A stretch of 64,000 bases of DNA, taken from positions 2,402-66,401 of the forward strand of contig NW_005434614.1 of NCBI RefSeq assembly GCF_000315625.1. Reading direction: 5' to 3'. Source of the stretch: Guillardia theta CCMP2712. Taxonomy: Eukaryota > Protista > Cryptophyta. Made by a program: the position numbers and the translations under genes. Positions 1 to 9,662 of the stretch are shown here, piece by piece (the first letter of the stretch is position 1; each line of letters begins with the position of its first letter). The notes under the pieces were generated by a model, which was not told the origin of the DNA, did no database searches, and was given only the letters and a program-made list of their open reading frames with translations.

Positions 1-360
1 GTTTGCTTCTTTCGCTTCTAGTTCATTTTGTATCATTTCTGAGTCGCGATCGTACACACCTATTTGGCTCAAATTCATGTGTCCTAGTGTATTTTATTTG
101 TTTTTACATCGATAGTTTTTTCCTAACCTCGCTACTGTTTGCTTCTTCCTTCCCTCCTCCCTCCTCCTCCCTCCTCCTCCCTCCTCCTCCCTCCTCCCTC
201 CTCCTCCCTCCCCCTCCTCCCCCCTCCTCCTTCCCTCCTTCCTCTGATTCCATCTCCTCGTTCCCTACCATTGTTCTGCCATTCCTTCTCTCCCCCTTCG
301 CTCCCTCACCTGGTTTCATTTCTTTGTACACAGAGGGGAGGGAGGGTGTTACCTGACGAA
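1..360 (-). CDS. Fragment of a spliced gene running off the window edge, product unknown
   Basis: Minus-strand donor/acceptor pairs around micro-exons (CAG|GTAAC near 352; AAG|AAATGAAACCAG|GTGAG at ~310-322; TAG|GACACATG...ATAG|GTGTG at ~60-83). A GGGAGGA satellite fills one intron. Confidence 0.3.
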
Positions 361-379
361 GAGTGTACAGCTAGATGGA

Positions 380-2020
380 GGGGGTAGGGGTTATCTGGTA
401 CAGGGTGTATACTCCAATTGACGAGTGGAACTCAAGGGGTGGGGTCACATGTCATGATTCTTGGGGTAGGGTGTGTTGCGTCTCGGAGGGAAAAGTTTAC
501 TCCATCTTGAACGTTGAGTAAAACTTTGAGCTCTGGTCGCCAAATTGAAGCCGCCGCTGTAGTAAAATGACTCCGGGGAGGGCCTGCCAGCCTGTGAGCC
601 TGCGGCCTCGGACGGGCCAGCGGCCGGCCCGGCGGGACGGGCCGGGGGCCGCCGGGGGCCACCGGGGGGTGCGACCGTCCGACAGTCACACGTGGTTACT
701 ACCCGGCGTCGTACCCGGGGGCTTTACGCAAAGTTAAGTGTTAAAAATCAGTACGAGGACAATCAGGAGAGTCATGTCAAAGAGGCTTGACCCCGGGCCC
801 TGACACCGTCGCTGTCGCACTCAGTGGCCACCGACTGCGAACCAAACCAGGGGTCACTGGGGGCTGGGCCCCCGGAGCCTGCCCGCCCGGCGGCCCCGGG
901 CCCGCTACCGTCTCCCATAGTGTGACAGTTGCCGCTCAGTCACTCGGAGTGCCGCTTTTCCGTCGAGCCTCGGAGTGTGTGTGACCCGGCCCCCGCGACT
1001 CTTTCCGATTCGCCGCCGCCAGGGCCGGGCGCCTGCCGGGCCGCCCAGCCTGGCAGGTTTCCGGCGGATCGGACCGGCCGGCCGGCACCACTGCGGGCCG
1101 CCGCCGCACCGGCCGCGTGACACTGGTACTGACTGAGGACGGATTACGTCGGGGGTCCTCCTCAGGCTCATCAGACTCGAAAGGTCACATGCTGATGAAC
1201 ACCCCCCTCGTAAATACCACCCCCTCTTGCTCAATGCTTCATGTACCCCTACCCTTCAAAAAACAAAAATTGTGAATGCCACCCCCCGTATATCTTTATC
1301 ACCCGGTACCTTTCGATGACTTTGCAAGGTACATAACCAGGTCCATTCAGACGCTTACAGGGGTGCATCTCTTGCCTACCCAGGTTCCTCTAGTACCCAC
1401 CCTTTACTGTGTATCCCAACGACTATGAAGGACTACCCCATGTGATCCACCTCTAAAGCTCTCCACCCTCTTCAACATGCATCACCCCCCCCCCCCCCCC
1501 CCCCACCCCAAAGTGTGTTGGATACTGGGGGTTGGGTAGGGGTACGCATCAATAACCTTCAATGTGAAATTTTGAACGTGGGGCAGATGATTTGAAAAGT
1601 GTTTTTCTCTTTCGTCGAAGCTTGATACTGTATTAGATCAGCATTAGTACGAAGCATAGAAGATTTCCTGGGTAGAACGGGTCATTTGTAGCACAAATTA
1701 TTTTTTCAAGGTTTACCAGTACATTTCATAATCTCAAACATGACTGTTCAGCGGGGATGACAGTGGGACGGGTGCTTTAAGGCGGGGTAGGGTGGGGTCT
1801 ATTTCTCGATGGGGTTGGGGTGGGCATTTTCTACCGGACGGTGTGAGGGACAGCTTGTACCATAAACCAGGTGGGGTACTATATTTGGGGTGGGGGTGGC
1901 AATTCATTTCAAGGATAATGGGGTAGTCTCACATTCGTGCTAGAGCAAAATTAGGGAATGAGGGGTGGGTAGAAGATATCGAGGGGGTAGGGGTGAATCT
2001 TTGATCCGGTAGGTGAGGGT
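380..2020. promoter_or_regulatory. Divergent intergenic region: GGGGTA/TACCCC clusters, GGCC/CCGG-rich island (~570-1120) and conserved AT-rich core (723-808)
   Basis: G-rich 380-480, GC island, C-rich 1200-1510 ending in a ~20-nt poly-C, then G-rich 1520-2020. No credible ORF. Lies between a minus-strand and a plus-strand gene. Confidence 0.55.
723..808 (+). repeat. Dispersed conserved element, copy 1 (copy 2 at 63105-63168)
   Basis: Collinear shared blocks TTTAC.CAAAGTT, GTTAAAAATCAGTACGA (740-756), GGACAA, GAGGCTTGACCC (782-793), CCCTGACACCG (798-808). Confidence 0.85.
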
Positions 2021-2604
2021 GTGGACAGACGTGCGGGTTTCAGCGCGTATGGCGCAAGCCGAGTGACCGAGTCGGAGGGAACTGGAAGCTTGCAAGGTTG
2101 GGATATGAGAAAGATGATATGCGAGATGAAAGAAGTTGGCTATGTCTGTTGGATTGTGTTGTTTGTTCTCTTCTCTTGTATAATTGCCTCCTGTCGATCC
2201 TGTTTCCATTGCCCAGCCATCGTACTGACGTGTTCACGTTGTTCAACAAGTTTGGAGATGATACACTCTTCAACATGTATTATCAGCACCATGATTATCT
2301 TCTGTTTGTGTCTTTTACTCTCCATGGCGTCTTGTGAAACATGTTTTTTTGTCTGAAGTACTTTTGTCTTCTACTCAGGGCACTGTACATTTGGTGCTGG
2401 TAAGAAGCTACAAAACAGTCCGTTTCTCAAGAGCGTTGTTGTCGTGAAGAGCCTTTTCTACACGCACAGTTTTTTTGGATGCTAGAGGACTCTGAAGAAA
2501 CGTTGGATAGAGAACTTTCAATGCACTCGGTCGCTACAACGGTTGCCCAGGTATGTTACCACTGTAGATCCCGTTCGTGGGACGTCTGACGGAAATGCAG
2601 TCGA

Positions 2605-4257
2605 ATGGCTCGTCTCCAAGACAAATCCAATCGAATCCAATCAAAGAAGATGCTCACCTCGATGGATGGAGACAAATCAGGTGAACTTTTCTTTCTCTGC
2701 CGTCTTCGAGCATTGAGGCATGAATCCAGTGAAAAGTTGATCGACTTGGCGGTGGGTGGCGACGAGGATGTAATGAGATATGGAGACTTGATCGTGAACG
2801 AGAAAGCGATCAGGAGATTTCTTGCTGCGAACAAAGGCAATGTGGACAAGGCCTTGCACCAGTTTGTCAAGCACTTGAAATGGCGCGAAGAATATCAGCT
2901 GGACGCAATTGTCGAAGAGGACTTCTCGGACATGCTCGAGCTGAATGAAATCTACTGGGCAGGGAAGGATCTGGAGGGTGTTCCTACTCTCACCTGGCTC
3001 TTGCGGAAGCATGATGCCAAACGGCAAAGCGCTGACCGTTTCGTGAGATTCCTCGTCTTTCAAATCGAGCGCGGCTTGAGGGCCATGCCGGACTATCCGA
3101 ATGGGAGGTTCAACATAGCAGTGGATCTGTCGCACGTGGGATACAGCAACATGGATCATGAAATGTCCGTTAAGCTCCAGGCTGTGTTGACACAGAATTA
3201 CCCCAAAGTCAGGAAGGCCTTGTATGTCTTCCCTGTCAATTGGTTTGTTCAGCTTTTCTGGGACACGCTGTTGAAACCTATTCTTTCGACTCTTCAACCT
3301 GACATCGAGGATAAGATCTGCCCTCTGCGGGGAGACTACAAGGCAGAGCTTCTGAAACGCTTTGACATCAGTGAGATTGAAATCGCATTTGGTGGAGAAC
3401 TTGACGTCGAAGGTCGCAAAAATCCCAAGTTTGTGCAATACATTCCAAGGGCTTATTGCGTTGATGTGAAGCGAGAGAACGATGAGTTGGTCAACAGTCA
3501 GCCAATTGCTCCTGTGGTAGAGCAAGTCGGACAGACGAATCACAAGGAGCTTGAAGATAATTCAGAATCTGAGTACGACACACCAGACGCATCACCGGTA
3601 ATACAACCGTTAACTGCAGATGAAACGATTCCACCTATGGAAGAAAAGTACGAGGACAACAAGGGGAACTCTTTGCAGACAGAAGACAAGGAGCAGGAGA
3701 TGAAAAAATCCAACAGGGATGTCACTGAGGGCTCGAAGTTCAATCCCGTCGAAACTTCTCACAGGCAGAAACTTGTTGAACTGAACGACGAGACTCTCAG
3801 AGTCTTGCTGTGCAACGGCCACAAATACGTGGAGGGCAATGGCCACAAATACGTGGAGGGCAGCGGTGACGACAACCTTAATAATGATCAGCACACAACA
3901 TCCGCAGGGGAAGTTTCAGCGGAGCCCGAGCATGCTAGCCTGCAGGCTGAGGACGAAGGGGTTGATCGTGAACGGTCAGCGATCCACCTGGGAGCTCGCA
4001 GGGGATCCACTGAAGAGGCTGGATCCAGTGAGGGCAGAGATGGGGAACTGGATGGGAAGGAGGAGAAGCAAGTTTTGTTTGACCTGGGCATGGCATTGGC
4101 AGCAAGCACACAGCTACTGCCGTCACCTGTTGCTTCCCTCCCACACCCGACGGGGAAGAAGGGTTCGGAGGAGAACCATGCGGAAGACGACAACCCGTTG
4201 GAGTTCTTCATGTCGCAAGTAGAGGTGTTCCGATTATTGCAAGTCATCATGAGATGA
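2605..4257 (+). CDS. CRAL-TRIO/Sec14-like lipid-binding protein (core exon; further exons up- and downstream, to roughly 5000)
   Basis: RRFLAANKGNVDKA...HLKWR (CRAL-TRIO N), GKDLEGVP, AVDLSHVGYSNMD, QNYPKV..LYV, EIAFGG. A 49-nt intron at 2681-2729 probably changes the N-terminus relative to the ORF track. Confidence 0.88.
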   Translation: MARLQDKSNRIQSKKMLTSMDGDKSGELFFLCRLRALRHESSEKLIDLAVGGDEDVMRYGDLIVNEKAIRRFLAANKGNVDKALHQFVKHLKWREEYQLDAIVEEDFSDMLELNEIYWAGKDLEGVPTLTWLLRKHDAKRQSADRFVRFLVFQIERGLRAMPDYPNGRFNIAVDLSHVGYSNMDHEMSVKLQAVLTQNYPKVRKALYVFPVNWFVQLFWDTLLKPILSTLQPDIEDKICPLRGDYKAELLKRFDISEIEIAFGGELDVEGRKNPKFVQYIPRAYCVDVKRENDELVNSQPIAPVVEQVGQTNHKELEDNSESEYDTPDASPVIQPLTADETIPPMEEKYEDNKGNSLQTEDKEQEMKKSNRDVTEGSKFNPVETSHRQKLVELNDETLRVLLCNGHKYVEGNGHKYVEGSGDDNLNNDQHTTSAGEVSAEPEHASLQAEDEGVDRERSAIHLGARRGSTEEAGSSEGRDGELDGKEEKQVLFDLGMALAASTQLLPSPVASLPHPTGKKGSEENHAEDDNPLEFFMSQVEVFRLLQVIMR

Positions 4258-6000
4258 CGATCTATTCTCAAATCGACGACAAACGTGGCATCGTGTTTGC
4301 GGGCGCTCTTCTTGCAAGGCATCCAGGCAGTGTTTTATACATCAGACGTGACATTCTCACATATATGTGCTGAATTCAGTGAATCAAGTTTATATTCCCA
4401 CAAAGCGACACTCTGCCCACCTACTCGCGTTTCTTCCGCCTCCCTGCATGTTCGATATTGTTTGTCTTCATCCACAAGTCATCCCTGCTCAGATCTCGCA
4501 GGTGGTGCATCTGACTCTGGTGCTGCGTCTCCACCTGAAACGCCTCTGAAAAGATGTCGCGCTCAATCTCGTCCCTCCTCCTGAACTTCTCGACTAGCAA
4601 GAACATCCCAACCCCCTGCAGGTATGCTGTGAACGCAAAGTACACGTCAGGACTGACGGTGTGCGGAAGAGAGAGGGTTGACCGAGGAAGATGTCGAAGT
4701 GCGAATGTGTATGATCAGTGAAGAACTGATCTCTCATCAAGACGAACGGGATGTGCAGAGGAGAGAAGAAGCATGTGAAGGTGACGAGAGATGAAATCTG
4801 CCATCCAGCATGTCAGCACAGGTGGAGGACATGCAGGCGGGAGCCGGGAGCCGAGAGGGGTAATGAAAGTTTGGGAGGGAATGGTCACGTGTGGCAGACT
4901 CTTTGCTTGTCGCATCCCGTAAGCCTGGAAGCTGAAGGAGAGGAGGAGGTCAGGGCGGCGCAAGAGAACATCTCCATCGGAGCCTGACATGGTGGAGAGG
5001 AGAACATATGCTGAAGTCACGAGGACGAACAAGGAGAAACCTTTGCAGAGTTCCTGGTGCTGGACTCTCAGTGCATGAGGGAGAAGCGGGAGGAGGACGC
5101 ACCTCAGAGTGAGGAGCTTTCCATTTTCCCGTGTTGATCGCCATGAACAGCCAGAGGAACTTTCAGCATGAAAGTCATTCCCTTCCCTTCTCCTCGCCTC
5201 CTCCTTCCTCTTGCTCCCTCACTGAACCCCCTGGAAGCCTCATTTCTCCTCCAGTGTCTCTCGATTCAAAAATCTTCTCCTTCACCCGTTCCCCCCCTTC
5301 TCTCATTCCTTCTTCCCTCCTCAACTCCTTCCTCACTAGTCTCCTGGTCTTCTCTGCGTTTTCCAGCTTCCCGCTTCCTGTCCTCCCCTTTCCCCTCCCC
5401 ACTTCCTCCACTTCTCCTGTCGTCCCTCTTCTCCCTTCCTCTTCTCCCTTCCTCTTCCTCTTCCTCTTCCTCTTCCTCTTCCTCTTCCTCTTCCTCTCCT
5501 TGTTCTCACCGGCATGTACAGGATGCACATCAGCGCCTTCATCAGCGCCCATGCCCGACTTGTGCGCATTCCGTTGGTGACAGGGGAGCCCTGCGATGGG
5601 CTGTGTGGGCCTTTTCCATATAGTGAGCGACTTAAGAAATCGATTAGGATGAGGGGGGTAGTGTTGGGATTTCACTCAAGCTGAGAAACATGGCAGGGGT
5701 GATGCAGGAGGGAGGGGAGCGGGGAGGGGAGGGGGAGGAGAGGGAGGAGGAAGGGGAGGGGGCAGGGGAGCTGAAGAGGGGAGAAGGTGGTGGTGAGAGG
5801 AGGGAGGAGGGAGGGTGAGGAAGTGGGAGGAAGAGGGGAGGAGAGGGAAAGGGGCAGGGGAGGGGAGAGAGAGAGAGGGAGGCAGTAGGAGAGTAGATAG
5901 TAGAGAAATATATGTGGAGGGTTGGGGGTGGAGGGTGGAGGGGTAGGAAAGGGAGGGAGTGAGGTGTCTTAAATAATAAAAAGGAAAGGATTGTGCCTAA

Positions 6001-6100
6001 NNNNNNNNNNNNNNNNNNNNNNNNNNNNNNNNNNNNNNNNNNNNNNNNNNNNNNNNNNNNNNNNNNNNNNNNNNNNNNNNNNNNNNNNNNNNNNNNNNNN
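6001..6100. other. Assembly gap (further gaps at 16072-16785, 19507-19606, 23096-23195)
   Basis: N runs, each next to simple repeats or purine tracts. Confidence 1.
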
Positions 6101-8675
6101 TCCCCCTCAGCTCCATCCCTCATGTAGGGCTTGACCACCTGCAGCGAATGGTCAAAGCGGGCGCGTCTTTGCGACTTCTCACGTCGAGCAGCATCTTGGG
6201 GAGGTGATTGTGACTGTAACTGCACGAGAGAGTGAGTGCGAGGAGGAGGAGGAGGAGGAGGAGGAGGAGGAGGAGGAGGAGGAGGAGGAGGAGGAGGAGG
6301 AGAATGGTTCACATGTTAATCTTGACATCGAGCTTGTACCCTTGAAACTGCGAGAGGGAGTCAGACAGCCTTGTCACGCCTGCTGCTCAACCAAGGAGCA
6401 TGCACACCTTGTTCAAACACTTCCCTATCGCATCTACAATCCATGACATGCTGGTTTCAAGTATCAGTTTGGCAGTGGAGCAGGTGTTGCTCTCTACTCG
6501 TTGCCAAAGGCTCCTCCCCCCAGGATTGTGAGGACTAGGCAACAGGACCCATCTTGTCCCTCCCTGCCCTCTGTCAAGATGTGCACAGCACGTGCCATGC
6601 ACTCACTGCAAGCAACTTGACTCCACCGCTGCCCAGAAGCATGCTTCGTAAGAGACGTCGAGAATCCGCTGCATGCTTCGTCATATCCTCCGGGACCAGA
6701 ACAGTCTGGTCTACCTTGGCGATCAGCTCCCACTCGTCAGGGGCGCAGTCTCTTCAGGGAGAGGTGAGAAGCAAGAGGGAGCGAGCGGCAGTACTCACGA
6801 GTACGATACAGGACAGGCAGAGCAGAGGACCTTGGTGACGTACTGCTGGGCAGAAGGAGGAAGAAGAGTCCTGGTAGTCCTCTAATTGCCCAAGACACGC
6901 TTCCACAGTCCTTCCCGCACCTTCCCCAGTCGCAGCTGGTGACCTCGACGTCTCTATGTACACCGACCTGCATGGCTGGTGAACTCGTGCACCGATGGCA
7001 GCGAGCCTGGCAGCGAGCGGTGACCTTAACGGAGCTGAGGAGCTCCTCCAGCCCTGAAGGATTACTGGATGCTGGAGGAGAAGCGATGAGGACGAGTATG
7101 GAGGAAAGCAGGCTGAGAAGAGCTCGTCACCTGCTCCAAGGCACTGTGTGGCCTTCCGGATGTGCTTGCGATCCTGATGGTCAAGATCAGGATGGAGGAG
7201 CATGCATGGAGGGCGTCAGACAGGTAGCAGGTATCCCCCGGTGACCGGCAGCTCCACTTTAAGCTTCTTAATGAAATCGTCCAGGTTGTTACTTGCAAGC
7301 GAGCCCTCAGGATGGTAAGAACAATCTCAGGGTCAAGTTCTAACATCATGCGGTCCGAGGTCTGCCCGTGCTGTACGACTTTCCCGTCCTCGTAGACGGG
7401 AGCGAAGTAGTTCCGATAGACTTGGGGCTCGCAGTCAGAAACGGCCCCAACCCCCTATCGTCCCTTACCAGCTGCTGGAGCACAGGCGATGGCGCACGCA
7501 GGGCCTTGCGTGCGATCGAAGACGTACCCCGTTAGCTTGCAAGCCACGTCAGCCCCAGTCGCCTCCCAGGATCGGTGCTACTCCATCTTCAGGACGCGAG
7601 TACGGGCCCATGAACTCCAAACAGTTGAGCTGGGACGCTACCTGCCGAACTTTCGGTCCCACCGCCATGTCTCGTCACGAGGCCAGGGGAACCTGAAAGG
7701 TGGAGTAGCGATACTTGCTTGAAGCGAGGATGTTGGATACATCTCCAAACACAAACGAGACTGCAGGACAACAATCATTGCCACTTTCTCTATCGCATCT
7801 CAACACAACGACCTCTCAGCTTCCCTCGCAGAAATCCTTCAGGCTTCAGCTCCTGCAACTCGTCAGCCGCTATGCAGGGAGGAGGCATTCGCGCTCACCA
7901 GGAGCCTCCGAGCACGTGAAGAGAGCTCGAGCAAAGAGGGAGTCTCGAACGTGCCGATCTTGAACTCTCGCCCGTTACCTCTGCAGAACTACTGAGGAGA
8001 CAAACAAAGGTGAACTTGCTCTTCACCTGCTCACAAGGGCGTCTGGAGCCTTGAGGTAGAAGTTGCTCTGCCAGATCTCGATCAGAAAAGGATCTTGACG
8101 CGGGAACTCAACGAGTGTCAAACAAATACAGAACAAGGACAATCCAGACGGGAGGAAGTGAAATAAGAGGAAGAGGAATGAGTCTAAACTTTTACAGATT
8201 TTCGGTACACACGATCCTCGATCAGTGAGCTCCTGATCTTGTTCCCTCTGCTATGTTGACTGTGTGATCTCGTGATTCTTAAACCTCTCACCTTCTCCTG
8301 CTGCACATGATTCTTTTTCTGCTCAAAAATCCTAAAACATGTGGGTGTTTGCAAGGCAGATGCGAATCAAAGCATTTCGATCTCTATCAGATGAGCATGT
8401 CGGACTCCCTCAAATCTCACCTTCACATCGTCGTATTCTTCAGGCTCTTGGAATCCAAACACAGAATAGAACCAGTTGGTTTTGTCCTCCTCCTCCTCCT
8501 TCTCCTCCTCCTTCTCCTCCTCCTCCTCCTCCTCCTCCATCCCTTCATCTTCTTCGTCCTCCTCCCTCCTCCTCCCCTCGCTTACATCTTCTCCCTCCTT
8601 CTCTCCTTGCCCATCGTCATCGTCTCCTACAACCTCCCTGTCCACCACCGCAACATCGCTCCCTACAACGCCCAT
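6101..8675 (-). CDS. Conserved uncharacterised protein, probably macrodomain/PARG-like fold; multi-exon, 3' end runs into the gap
   Basis: Spliced exons give NWFYSVFGFQE, VASQLNCLEFMGP, YVFDRTQGPACAIACAP, VYRNYF, VGVHRDVEVT, VTKVLCSACPVSYS, RILDVSYEACFWAA, LVLTILGGGAFGNE, MSWIVDAI, LDVKIN. Confidence 0.8.
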
Positions 8676-8679
8676 TGCT

Positions 8680-9660
8680 TCCAGCTGGCCCGGTGGCCGG
8701 CGGCCCAGGCCGGGCCGCCGGGCCCGGAGAGTCGAGTCATTGTGGACTGAGACTCGGAACGACTGTCATATCCCTTTCCGTTTCAACTGTAACGGTCAAG
8801 ATCACAGACTCTTCAAGGGGTATTCGACAGAAACGCGTCCAAAATCATGGATATAGGACAATTGGATAAATAGTACAAATTGTTTGGATAGTAACGCTTC
8901 TTGGATTATTTCAAACGTAGGCTGACAAAAATCTTCGGTGCATGTCCTCCCCACCACCCCCTTCTTTCCCCTACACTACCCCCTAGTTCAAGGGGCACAA
9001 TTTCGAACTTCTTTGTTTTCAGTTTCTACAAGTTTATAAAAGAGTGACCAGCACCACTTACAAGGGAGCGCGGAGCGGGGGAAGGGGCATGTGCGGGAGG
9101 GAGGGAGGGAGGGAGGGAGGAGACGAGGAGCGAAGATGATGGCGAGGAGAGGGGGGTAAGAGGGATAGATGATATGAGAGACTATGGTTCAAGTTAGTGA
9201 ACAAGTGAGAAGCACAACAAACAGGGCAAAAGATAATAGCAGGAGAGTAAAAGGGTAACGAGAACAAACCAAGTAGGATAGAACGGGAGTGGTTGTTGAA
9301 GATTATGGGAATGCGACAGTCTACAACGAATGAATAAAAAGCAAGGAAAGGGAGGAAAACGGATGAATGATGGCGAGAAACACGAGAAAACGAGACGAGA
9401 GGCGATCAGGAGAGTGTGAGGAATTGATGATGTGGAATGGTTTTTTAGACCTGAGAGAAGAAATATTCATCGTGTGGCTCTGAAACGCTATGAGATCGGG
9501 TAGAAGCAGAAGATCTAAGGATGATCACAGACAAGAAAATTGCTATACTAGTGAATTTTGATTTTTTGGTGCTTTGTGTGGGACCCAATGTGTGGGAGGT
9601 TGCAAATAGGACAACAAAACCAAACGAAGTTGCCGAGCTGATCTTGATTGACGTAGGGCG
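8680..9660. promoter_or_regulatory. Divergent intergenic region with GGCC/CCGG island (8685-8730) and TACCCC tract (~8945-8990)
   Basis: Between ATG 8675 (-) and ATG 9663 (+). Same motif vocabulary as other head-to-head gaps. Confidence 0.5.
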
Positions 9661-9662
9661 GG

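Noticed and set aside
62-72. ATTTGGCTCAA resembling the dinoflagellate spliced leader
   Set aside because: Short partial match lying within a probable minus-strand exon. Chance.
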